Assembly (NCBI GenBank): GCA_001599295.1
Contig: BCGN01000006.1
Location: 372,001 to 436,000 of the forward strand
Length of the DNA: 64,000 nt
Reading direction: 5' to 3'
Source of the DNA: Sporopachydermia quercuum
Taxonomy: Eukaryota
Each line of letters begins with the position of its first letter. Position 1 is the stretch's first letter. A program made the position numbers and the translations under genes. Positions 1-11,523 of the stretch are shown piece after piece. Below the pieces are notes generated by a model that was not told where the DNA came from, ran no database searches, and worked only from the letters and a program-made list of their open reading frames with translations.

Positions 1-11
1 TTTTGTTTTAG

Positions 12-802
12 AAATTCTTGGGGCGCCAAAGGATATGACTATGGGAGAAACTTCAGTCTAGGTATATGCTCTTCTCCCGTGAAACCAGGATCAGTTATTG
101 AAGATGCGAAGAATGAAACAGAAGTTGCCGCCTATTATACTGAATACGACGGTACCAAAATTTCAATTGGGTAAGTTAAGAAGGAAAACCATGCTGGAAC
201 TTAAACAAACGCGTACTAACAAAAAATTTCACAGTTCTATCAACACACAACCGAAATTCAGAGGTAGAAAATTAGTACTAGAATATTACAATGGGTCATA
301 CTGTTCTGCCGATCATAAAACTCGAAAATCAACACTTTTAACATTCACATGCGATAGAGATATAATGCAAGTAGCATCAGTATCATTCCTGGGAGTACTA
401 AACGAATGTGATTACTTTTTTGAGGTAAGAACAGTACACGCATGTCCTACAGCTCCAAATAATAATTCAGGACCTTTAATATGGATCTTCTTGTTGATTC
501 TATTTGCGGCCTTAGCTGTTTTCTTCGCAGGCGGTATGCTATATAAAAGGGTCATACAGCGAAAACGAGGTTGGAGACCAATACCTACCAATAACAAAAA
601 GTTCAGTGGATTACGATCTGCAGGCAAGGTCCTTGGTTCATGTTTTCCGTTCAACTTAATTGCATCAAGATTTATATCCGTAAATCTGGACAATGAAGCT
701 GCTAGCGATGATAGACTAGATGATAATTTTTCAAGCTATGAGCAACAAAACGATTTACTAGATGCTCTGGATATTGACAGCGATGCTGCTTCAATTCAGT
801 AA
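12..802 (+). CDS. MRL1: Mannose-6-phosphate receptor-like vacuolar sorting protein, 5'-partial; exons 12-170 and 235-802
   Basis: After TTTTAG at 11 the frame reads NSWGAKGYDYGRNFSLGICSSPV...KISIG. Intron 171-234 (GTAAGT, TACTAAC, CAG) joins it to SINTQPKFRGRKLVLEYYNGSYC...FTCDR...CDYFFEVRTVHACP, a TM helix and an acidic di-Leu tail. It lies next to TEF1, as in S. cerevisiae (YPR079W/YPR080W). Confidence 0.85.
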
Positions 803-1854
803 ATAACGCGCTATACATGCTTTCAAATACCTAGTTGTTAGAATATAGTGGGAACGCGCTAGTAGCCTCTCAAAAAAGTTCAATGTATAAACTACCCAGT
901 TCAATAGACAATCATCAGCACACTCAAAATATATTTCGTATCTCATATTATAATTATAAGGACTTTTTTCATGATCATGTACAACCTGCATACAGAGACA
1001 TAAACTCTAATATTTCATATCTTCAAATAGTTATGGCAGAGGAAGAACAACAGCAAACTGAAATAGTAAAAGGTGAACAATTTCATTATGTACAAATAAA
1101 AATATATATGCCCTTGAACCAAATAGAAAATTTCAGAATCCTGAAATAGCAGATGACTCATTCTTTGAAAAAACCAAGTCAATGTAACATACGGTTACTC
1201 ATTGCACCCTTTCACTCCAACGGAAATCACCCTCAACAGACAGACTGAGTGATGTTCTACAAGCACAACTGAATAAGAGTCCGAAAAGCTGTGAATTATC
1301 GCTTACAATAGTAGAAAAGCGAATATGTTATTATCGCATGTTCAGGTACATAATGAATCTTTCAAGTCAGTTGCTCATGTTGATTAGATCTGATTTTCCT
1401 TCCGAACGTTTCATCATACATCTCTTCTCATTAACTCTCTTATCTTTCTGGATAACTGCAATTGACGAAAACACTGAAACCTTACATATCCTCCTTCTGG
1501 TACGCCAGCCAAAACCAAAGTATTCCTTGACCTTCAATTGTTGCGATATGCATGAAAACATATACATGCTCCATAGTTGTCTCAAAATTTTATTCTAAAT
1601 CTCGTTGAACCTTCAAAACTATTCAAGTATATTCTCTTTTTGAATTTATTATTATCTTCTCATCATGTTTGGCTACTCTAAATCCATAATTACTGCCGTA
1701 GAGGCTCATGTACTATCCAGTACCGACAGCGAACGGCCTCCATAAACTCATCCTATTCCCAATCTTACGCTACCTGTAATTATCATACCGATAATACCAT
1801 GACCTCCAAACCAGACTAATAAAAGACACCTGGCTGATAACCCGAACAACTTCA

Positions 1855-2030
1855 GAGTAAAAATTTTTCCAGGGATTTTTCAATTCCCCTCACATTGAAA
1901 AATTCAATTCCTTATAGTCACAGCTTTTTCATTTCCTTTTTCTTCTTCCTCTTTTCTTCACATTTGTTTGATTTTCTTTTCTTTTGGTTTTCTTCTTTTC
2001 TTCCTTCTTTCTTTCTTATTAGCTACTATT
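1855..2030 (+). promoter_or_regulatory. TEF1 promoter with RRPE-like motifs and a long pyrimidine (T/C) tract
   Basis: AAAATTTTTC (~1860) and TGAAAAATT (~1896), then a T/C-rich tract ~1925-2020 just upstream of the ATG. Confidence 0.5.
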
Positions 2031-2071
2031 GTATATTTATTGTATATTAATAGAAATAACATATAATCAAA

Positions 2072-3777
2072 ATGGTATGCTTATAGAATGGTTTTAATTA
2101 GCAAGAAAAAGAGTCAAATGAGGTGATTTGGCCAGAATATGAGTCAACAAGTTCTTAGAACAATGGTTCGTACATTCTTCACTTCGGCAATCAATTGTAG
2201 TAGTCGATCTGATATGATCAAGAAGATATCAAGATAGTATCCGATTGATTTTTGATTGATCTAATTGTATAGTTATGAACCATTGTCAAAAGCTCTCTTG
2301 TCTGCCCAACTACGTCCGATTATCTTGGTAATGCAAAAAGCTATTTTCGTTACCTCAAGTGTTACCACAAATAAGAACTTGATAACTAACAATCACTCTA
2401 CAGGGTAAGGAAAAGACACACGTTAACCTCGTCGTCATTGGCCACGTCGATTCTGGTAAATCTACCACTACCGGTCACTTGATTTACAAGTGCGGTGGTA
2501 TCGACAAGAGAACCATTGAAAAGTTTGAGAAGGAAGCTGCTGAATTAGGTAAGGGTTCTTTCAAGTACGCTTGGGTTTTAGACAAGCTTAAGGCTGAAAG
2601 AGAAAGAGGTATCACCATTGATATTGCTTTATGGAAGTTCGAAACTCCTAAGTACTATGTTACCATTATTGATGCCCCTGGTCACAGAGATTTCATCAAG
2701 AATATGATCACTGGTACTTCCCAAGCTGATTGTGCTATTTTGATTATTGCTGGTGGTACTGGTGAATTCGAAGCTGGTATTTCTAAGGATGGTCAAACCA
2801 GAGAACACGCTTTGTTGGCTTTCACCTTAGGTGTTAGACAATTGATTGTTGCCATCAACAAGATGGACTCCGTCAAGTGGTCTGAAGCCAGATACGAAGA
2901 AATCGTCAAGGAAACCTCCAACTTCATCAAGAAGGTTGGGTACAACCCCAAGACCGTTCCTTTCGTTCCTATCTCTGGTTGGAATGGTGACAACATGATT
3001 GAACCCTCCGCCAACTGCCCATGGTACAAGGGATGGCAAAAGGAAACCAAGGCTGGTGTCGTCAAGGGTAAGACTTTGTTAGAAGCCATTGATGCCATTG
3101 AGCCTCCTACCAGACCTTCTGACAAGCCCCTCAGACTTCCTTTACAAGACGTCTACAAGATCGGTGGTATCGGAACTGTGCCTGTTGGTCGTGTTGAAAC
3201 CGGTGTTATCAAGGCAGGTATGGTTGTCACCTTTGCCCCTGCTGGTGTCACCACTGAAGTCAAGTCCGTCGAAATGCATCACGAACAATTGGTTGAAGGT
3301 CTCCCTGGTGACAACGTTGGTTTCAACGTTAAGAACGTTTCTGTCAAGGAAATTAGAAGAGGTAACGTTTGTGGTGACTCCAAGAATGATCCTCCTAAGG
3401 GTTGCGATAGTTTCACTGCTCAAGTTATCGTTCTTAACCATCCTGGTCAAATCTCTGCTGGTTACGCACCAGTTTTGGATTGTCACACTGCCCACATTGC
3501 TTGCAAGTTCGATACTTTATTAGAAAAGATTGATAGAAGAACTGGTAAGAAGATGGAAGACTCACCTAAGTTCATTAAGTCTGGTGATGCTGCTATTGTC
3601 AAGATGGTTCCTTCCAAGCCTATGTGTGTCGAAGCTTTCACTGATTATCCTCCTCTAGGAAGATTCGCTGTCAGAGATATGAGACAAACAGTTGCCGTTG
3701 GTGTTATCAAGGCTGTCGAAAAGTCTGACAAGGCTGGTAAGGTCACTAAGGCTGCTCAAAAGGCCAGCAAGAAATAA
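2072..3777 (+). CDS. TEF1: Translation elongation factor 1-alpha; exon 1 is the ATG only (2072-2074), intron 2075-2403, exon 2 2404-3777
   Basis: ATG|GTATGC...AACTAAC...CAG|GGT AAG GAA AAG gives [27 protein letters not shown]. The rest is full-length EF-1A with strong codon bias. Confidence 0.98.
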
Positions 3778-4040
3778 ATAAACTAATTCAATTTCTGCGA
3801 TGATATTTTTTTCCTCTCTGAGGTTTTATTTATAGTCGTATTGGTTTATTAGTTTCTCTTTTATTTCTATCTTTAGTAGTCCTGATTTTAATATAATAAT
3901 TTTCCTTGCGCATCATGTAGAAACTGTAGGGATCTGTAAAAGTAATTCGACAGAAAATCTTCTAATTTGGTCTTACATTAGCAAGTGCACTACACAATCT
4001 ATTCATTATTTCATCATTAGTATAAGAATAGCCTCCCCTG

Positions 4041-4079
4041 ATCTCAATTGACTGTCACTCTGTGACAGTCAATTGAGAT
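4041..4079. repeat. Perfect inverted repeat, 18-bp arms and 3-nt loop
   Basis: ATCTCAATTGACTGTCAC-TCT-GTGACAGTCAATTGAGAT, between the convergent TEF1 and YPT7 3' ends. Confidence 0.95.
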
Positions 4080-4457
4080 AGAATAGTATGAAGTCACATA
4101 TAACCTAAAACCAGTGTTGAAAGTAACATTCTTCAGAATGGATTATAATAGTCATATATGTCAAATCAGCAAGCACAGCGTCTGTTAACCATGTATGAGA
4201 AAAGGTAGGCTTAACACGTAAAAGTATGAATTGCATTGAACTTGCATATTTATTTCATTACATTCACCATTTGTAATAATTTGTTATGAGTTTATTACAA
4301 TAGTTGAAAAAAATAATACCATAGTGTTATAAAAAAATAATGATAATAATAGAAAAAGATTAAGGATTATATAAGACTGAATTAAGTAAATATTAATGGC
4401 AAGAAAGGCAAAACATAAGTATCAACTACATTAACCTCTGATAGATATCATCTTCTC

Positions 4458-5075
4458 TTAGCACATACAAGAAGAGTTATCAGAATCTAAATGAATATTT
4501 ATAGCGTCAGAATAGTCTTCAGTGAACTCTTCGTTTTCCTCGTGAGCCAAAGCATTCCTGGCAACCACTTCAAACACTTCATTAACATTTATAGCCTCTT
4601 TAGCACTAGTTTCGAAATATGGTACATTTCCCATAGATTGACAGAAACTTTGTGCTTTCTTACGAGAAATAACTCGTTTGCTATCTTCAATATCAATCTT
4701 ATTTCCTAGGATCACGAAAGGAAAATTATCAGGATCTCTTGGGTTTGCTTGAACCAGAAATTCATCCCTCCAACTACTTAAATGATCAAATGACTTCTGA
4801 TTATTAACATCAAACACCAAAACACAACAATCAGCCCCTCTATAGAAAGCAACACCTAATGACTGAAATCTTTCTTGACCAGCAGTGTCCCAAAGTTGCA
4901 TTGCTGCTATTTTATCATCGATTTGAATTTCTTTTGTTAGGAAATCGGCTCCAATTGTTGCTTTATATTGAGTTGAGAATTTATTATTGACAAACTGTTG
5001 CATCAATGATGTTTTGCCCACCCCAGAATCCCCTAGTATGATGACCTTTAGTAGGTTCTTCTTTCTTGACGCCAT
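4458..5075 (-). CDS. YPT7: Rab7 GTPase
   Basis: [57 protein letters not shown] and a C-terminal CxC prenylation motif. Confidence 0.97.
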   Translation of the reverse strand: MASRKKNLLKVIILGDSGVGKTSLMQQFVNNKFSTQYKATIGADFLTKEIQIDDKIAAMQLWDTAGQERFQSLGVAFYRGADCCVLVFDVNNQKSFDHLSSWRDEFLVQANPRDPDNFPFVILGNKIDIEDSKRVISRKKAQSFCQSMGNVPYFETSAKEAINVNEVFEVVARNALAHEENEEFTEDYSDAINIHLDSDNSSCMC

Positions 5076-7958
5076 TCTACCTAAATAAAGTTTCTTACTG
5101 ATTATTCTCTATCAGCTTCTAATCCAAGCCAAATAATAATCCACTGTAATGTCTTCGTTCTCTTAAGCCCAATCCTGCGTGGTGATTCCTGTCACAATAT
5201 TGGGATGCTGTTTTGAATATTGCGTGTGTATCGATATTAGTATTACCTAATGCCCCAAAAGCCAATATACCGTCCGCTAAAGAATTGATCTATCATCTAC
5301 TGTCAGCTAAGCTTAACTACAGTCTATAATATGATGGTGAAACTCGAAAACACTATCTATTCAACATCAGTTCATTGTTATTATTGTTGTTAAATGACTT
5401 CTTTGGTAATCTGCTGTTCTCTTACTTCTTTCATAACTTCATTATCAAAATTGTCTGGACTGAAAAAGGTAATTTGTCCGAAATAGTGGTTGGCTGGCGA
5501 GAACTGGAGGATGCACTGGACAACATTGGGGAGTATACATGAGACCTCTCAATTTCGGCCATTTCATTCTATCAAGAAAGAGTGGAGAAATGAGGAAAGT
5601 CTGGAGAATTTTTCTTATTACGTGATCATAAACTAGCTACGGTAATGTAGTATCAAACTTCAAGAGCTGAGAGAGCTGGGAAAAGAGATATGATATAGCT
5701 AGGATAGAGAATAGCAGCAGTATCTTAGTGGTATATGGCATGTGAAGGAATTGATACCGAGAAACTGATTTTTGTATTTTACTAGCAGTAGGATTCATTT
5801 TCTCTCTAGTTTGGTAGTTATGTGTTAGGATTTATGGAAAAGTAATACATAGTTTTTATACGTATCTGGCCATTACTGCTTAAGCGCTCGCTATATCTTT
5901 CTAACCCCCCAACAACTCCAAGTTAATGCGGATCTTTATGTGAGGGCAGAGCCGATAACCAGTTCCTTTTGTTCAACACCAAAAATCAATATATATCTAA
6001 AAGCTGTGTCAAGCATACCTTTGAACTTACTTTAGAATATTCAGTTCTTGCCATCTTTTTAATCCATTCAAGTAGAACCATAAGCTTGAATTCTATAATT
6101 AACATGATTCTTCGTTTATTAATTCAAATTTGGCCTATTTGTATACCTTTTTTGTTGGGACGACTGAAAAAGGATCAGCTGGTCCTTATTTGTTAGAGAT
6201 GATTGGTGAAACTTTTTCCAATTGTCCATAAATAACTTGGTTTACTTTATGTTCAAATTCATTCTTAATTCATTCCATCATCATAAATATTAATCAGCCA
6301 TTATTTTAATTTGTTCTTCCTGTTTTATTATTATATCAAGCATCTTCTATCTTTAAAGTTTATGCACAATGTCACGATGTGCATTGAGTTCATTGTTCCA
6401 TCACACCTTCTAGACCCTTTATTAATTAACTGTCTCTGCGACTAAGTTATGTATGCTACGCCCACTTCTACTTCAAAATCAGATAGTGTTTTAATGATTA
6501 GAAAAGGGGGTTCTTAGCATTGCTTAATCAAATCATATTAAGAACTCATTATTTTGCTCAGTTTTAATTTTATAGTTTTTGCTCGTATTATTTATGTAAT
6601 CACCTGTAATAGTAATTCATTACATGCTTTATGTTCATAGTACTCCTCCTCTTCGTTCATCTCTCACCGGAAACCGAAAGTCAACACAGAAAGATCCGGA
6701 ACATCGAGCCTTTTTATCCCTGTCTTCACCATATTTCTTGTGTGTGTGATGAATAAGATAACTAAAATCTTAACACAGAAGATCAACAAGTAAAACACCC
6801 GTATAAACATTTGTTTGTCCTTTCTGTAAATAAACCAAATTCTATATTCACAACCATTGATCTTAACTGAACATACTTTTTGAACATTTTATCAAAAAGC
6901 AATCCCCAGGTTATGGGTCCCGTCTTATGGGACTGAGCCCAAGAGACCCTAAAAGAGATCGCCTGTCAAACAGAGTCGGAGACCCTCTAGTCCCGACTTC
7001 CAAAGTTCAACTCATTTCCTAGTAGGTCATTTCATTATTATTGCATACAAAAAATCAATTCACTACTGTGCGTTTGTAACCACACAGAAAGTGAAACTAA
7101 AAGATAGTTATACTATTGAGAGTGATTATGAAAACTTGGGAGAAGCAGAGGAAAAATTGTCAATCAATATTGAATTATTGATACCATAAATCAAAGGAGT
7201 CGCCTAGAGAGATTTTCACCAACAGTGTTTGAAGATACGAAACAGAAAGAAAGAAATAACCCAGACTTCAAACATTGGTTGGCTTGCATTTATATTTTTA
7301 GATCAGACCAGAGCGAAGTTAGGAACGAAGATACAATTTAGAACAGTCATAATTACATGTGTGGATTTTGATATTTAGAAAAGTAGTTGTTCAACTAGTT
7401 ATTGAAATTGAATGCTTGCATTGGTTTGAAGGTCGGAAATAAGTGGAGAACTTGTTGTGAAACAGGTAGAAGGAATAAGGAACTTTCCTCTCTCTGCAAT
7501 CGAATGGGTCTATGGCGTATTGGTTTTGATACTGAACGGATCTGTTGTATACCGATTTTGGAGCTGAATAACGGGCTTACAGAAAGCTCTAATGTTTGCT
7601 CTGATCAAAGGAGAAGGCAGAGGAAAGGGAACCGTGAAGCGTATTTGAAGTATAATTTTCAGCTGTGAAGACTAAGATGACCTGACGAATGAACTAGCAG
7701 TTTAGATTATATTACTGTACTAAGCTCTAAATATATCATCGAACAAGTATTCAGCAACATTTTTTGTGAGCTGATAGCATAAGCCATAAGCCATAAGGTT
7801 TCAAGCAATTGTTTGCTGCATAATAAGTGATTATATGGTTCTGTGATATTTTATATTTATCAGTTTGACTAAGAGCATTCCGCTCATAAACTATCGATTG
7901 CATTAAGGCCGAACTTAAACAGGAGAAGTAAAACGACTATTTAGCTAAATTAAGGAAA

Positions 7959-9050
7959 ATGAGCTGGCCGGAAAGTACTAGTACAACTGGAGNTCACACC
8001 CAGTATCCACCCACAGGAAATTCACATTCATCGGAAACATCAGAGGAACCTTTTTCATCAAGAAATAATCCACATAAGGTTGAAAAACACAAAATTCAAC
8101 CAGAGAAGAAGCGTGTGTTACCAAAAAACTTTTTAAATTGTCCAAAAGATGATTTGATCGTATTGATAACTCGTATGCTAACATCACTGGTAAGGATCAA
8201 TGATTCGATGGCCATTGATGTTTCTCCCAATCATTTAACTAGATTTCATTCTAGAACTCCACCAAGCATTTCAATCTACTCTTATCTAGCAAGATTATCG
8301 AAATATTCTTCACTGGAAAATGCAATTTTGCTTGCCAGTGTGTACTACATAGATCTATTATCATCTACCTATCAGACTTTCTCACTCAACTCTTTAACAA
8401 TCCATCGTTTCCTTCTCACAGCTACAACAGTTGGTGCTAAAGGGTTGTGTGATTCTTTCTGTACTAATTCACATTATGCAAAAGTTGGTGGTGTGAGTGT
8501 CGGAGAACTGAATGTGCTGGAAATGGAGTTTTTGACAAGAGTGAATTGGAGGATTGTGCCGAGCTCTAGTAATAAGAAAGAAAGGGAAAAGCAAAAAGAC
8601 GAGTATTCAAGTGCAAATTACAGTAATAATAACAGTAATAATGGCAGTCTTGAAGTGCTAAACGGCTGTGCGACTTCTGAGACTCAAGTCAATGACAATA
8701 GTAATAACTCTAATAGCAGTAAAACAAGCTCGCCTCTAGATATGAACATCAATACACTTGCAAGTCAGAATAATAAGCGATGCTTGGTTGAAACGAAAAA
8801 ATTCAAGCGAAGGAAGAAGCAAACTACGATGGAGATGGATTTCAGGTCTAATAGCTTTGATTGCGGTGTTTTAGGATTGTATTATAGAAGAATTATTTTA
8901 TTAGTAGGTCGTGAAGTGAGTGATGCAGAGAAAGATTGTATATATGAACTGGATAATGATGGAAGAGGAGATGATGATGGTGATGAAGAAGATGATTCTG
9001 AGTCTGATGATTATGAAGAGGAAGACGTAGAATACGATGTCGAGATGTAG
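7959..9050 (+). CDS. PHO80: Pho85 cyclin Pho80
   Basis: LTRFHSRTPPSISIYSYL...YYIDLL...LNSLTIHRFLLTATTVGAKGLCDSFCTNSHYAKVGG cyclin box typical of Pho80, followed by an acidic tail. Confidence 0.9.
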   Translation: MSWPESTSTTGXHTQYPPTGNSHSSETSEEPFSSRNNPHKVEKHKIQPEKKRVLPKNFLNCPKDDLIVLITRMLTSLVRINDSMAIDVSPNHLTRFHSRTPPSISIYSYLARLSKYSSLENAILLASVYYIDLLSSTYQTFSLNSLTIHRFLLTATTVGAKGLCDSFCTNSHYAKVGGVSVGELNVLEMEFLTRVNWRIVPSSSNKKEREKQKDEYSSANYSNNNSNNGSLEVLNGCATSETQVNDNSNNSNSSKTSSPLDMNINTLASQNNKRCLVETKKFKRRKKQTTMEMDFRSNSFDCGVLGLYYRRIILLVGREVSDAEKDCIYELDNDGRGDDDGDEEDDSESDDYEEEDVEYDVEM

Positions 9051-9842
9051 GATACATTACTGGGATGAATGCTTAAATAAATTAGCATAAAGTGTCTGTA
9101 TATAGTGATTAGTGTTTTATATTGAATTGTGGTTATTAAGCGGTAGTGTGTTTAGGTGAAAAGACTCGAAAACAAGATATAGTACATTAATGTGTTTTTC
9201 TTACTGTCTAGCGTTTATCTTAATGGAAAAATGTAACTTTACTAAAAAGAAGGTCTCTCATATGTGTATATGCTGTTACAATACCTAGTCAATACTTACC
9301 ATTATCACAGGTTCANTTCTACTATCATCTTTGTTGCCAACTCTGACAATAGTATTGCTAATGTTCTCCTTCGGTTCCACTTTCTCACCTTTCTCATCTC
9401 AATATCCATTTAGTTAATTGAAGATGCTTTAAAATCCTAGATTTTTCAATCTACGAGCTGATCGTTGTAAATTTAATGAGCTATAAATAATTTCCAGTTG
9501 AACCAGCTGCTTCTAACTCATCAAAACGGTTGGCTCGTTAATTGATCATTTACGAGATGATAACAAGCAACATTGCTATACTTCTTTTTGTATCATCTTT
9601 TTCTGTCTTTCTGGTTAAGTATTCAGTATATTTCTGGATCGTTCATATTTGCACTATTTTGGTCATACATATTATTTATTTTATTGGATATTTATAGTTA
9701 GTCAATGCTACTAGAAGATACATCACAGTCTAGCCAATGCATAATATCGGAAAAATTATTGACAGAAAGTCCAGACGCTTATACAAACTAGGAACGGGTG
9801 AAAAATTCACAAGCGGTATATGAAATAAATCAAACTATTTTA

Positions 9843-9851
9843 ATGACTCAT
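9843..9851. promoter_or_regulatory. Consensus Gcn4/AP-1 site upstream of GDH2
   Basis: ATGACTCAT. Identical or equivalent sites occur at 1153-1161 and 27797-27805 (GTGAGTCAT). Function not shown. Confidence 0.4.
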
Positions 9852-11523
9852 TTTCTTTTATTGTGTCAATGACTTCCACTTGACTATTTCATTCAATTAA
9901 TCAACAAGCGGCTTCTTGAATAAAATTGATCAACAAAGTAGTAAAGGATTCGCCAATTAGCTAGCTGGAGAGGCCCCACCCAATTGGGAAAAGGCAACAA
10001 TTGATTTGAAACGACAAATCAACACCGCACAGCACAATACCATACAATAGCACGTTTCTTTGAATCAAACAACTCGATAACTATCATATTGACCGTAAAT
10101 ATTGAAAAGACATACCATACCATTCATTTAACAGTTAATTACTCAAGAAAAAAAGAAACTCCAGCCTAAAACTGCCTTTATATTATTGTTCACCTAAAAT
10201 GGTAGCATGCATCACTAATCAAGTATGTATGAATCATAGGAGTTATACGTTAAGTGAAAATTTTCACTCTTGTCGAGTATCAATTCCCCAAACGACTTTG
10301 TTCTTAATCTCCGTTAACTCTATAGTATTATCTCCCAATAATAGTAGAAAGTAAATCCTTTACTTGTTGGAAGCAATTCGGCATTCACTATTAAGAAATA
10401 GTCAATATTTTTTTTGAAACGAGGGGCTCGACTGTGAAAGCATGACGTTTATGTAATCAGGTATTCTAAAAGGGTAAAATAAACTTGTGCTAGAAACTAT
10501 CAAGAATTAGAGTAACGAGGCCTTGGTATTCAAAATGACGATCAAATGTGAAGAAATAGTATGGGATCATTGTTGGAAAAGTAATCGGCAGAACTAAAAC
10601 CAAAAACAAGAACTAAGAACCAAGGATGAAGAACCAAGAACCGAAGTGTTTAGATTGCTAAGCGATATTTTCTTACTCATAGTCTTGAACAGTTTTGAAC
10701 TTCGCCGATGAGCTGCTTCTAATAAGTGATACATTTTATTGACACAATTTTGCATTGAAACTTCCATTCTAGGAAATCTAGTTGTATTTCTTCCTATAGC
10801 CCTTAGCTTTTATCATATACTAAACATTACATATACGTATGTTCATTCACATTCCAATACATTTTTCATAAAGAAATAGAATAGAACATGTTGTAATAAA
10901 TTTTTTCTTTCCAATCTTCCTATCTTCTCTCTTTGTATAATTTNCTTCCAGTATTCGTGTTTTCAGTGCCGCGAAGCGATTCATTCCTTCCGTATTAGTT
11001 CCGCATGAACTACTAATCTATTTCAAATTCACTACAACTTCTAATTAAACTTTCTTAGTCTTGCCAATTACAGTCACTACCCGTACACTAAAAAACCTCA
11101 AAACTTAATCTTTCCTTACGTTAAAGCATCGCTAATAGCTTCTGCTTGTTGCTGCTTCCCCACATTCCAACAAAATGGAAGGGAATAAGGACATAGAAAA
11201 ACTATTAATAAACAAGTGAGGCACTAGAATTGACTGTCTCAATAAGCAAACATAAGGATAATCAATTCTTTACTCGGTATATAAAAAGGTTGAGAGAACA
11301 CTCTTCCACCATTTTGTTCCGCTCTGATGGGAGTTTGGCAATTTATGGTCCTTAATTAATCGTTGTATTTGTTGATACAGAACATTGTTGGGACTACTAC
11401 TACATTACAACCCCATGGTCATATCATTTGAACACATTCACAGAATATAGATCATTCAAACCTGTGAACCGTAGTATCTAAGGCTTTTTTCTAATAACTG
11501 AGAATCAGAAACTAGCATTCACG

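Noticed and set aside
98..234. N-terminus of ORF 98-802 as given in the track
   Set aside because: It reads through an intron; the true upstream exon is in another frame.
835..1598. Short ORFs between MRL1 and TEF1
   Set aside because: No recognisable motifs, non-ATG or weak starts, and promoter/terminator-like composition.
2793..3523. Antisense and alternate-frame ORFs inside TEF1 (and similar ones in ATG2, NPR2, NUP82, RRP6, CLA4)
   Set aside because: Shadow ORFs caused by the codon bias of the real genes.
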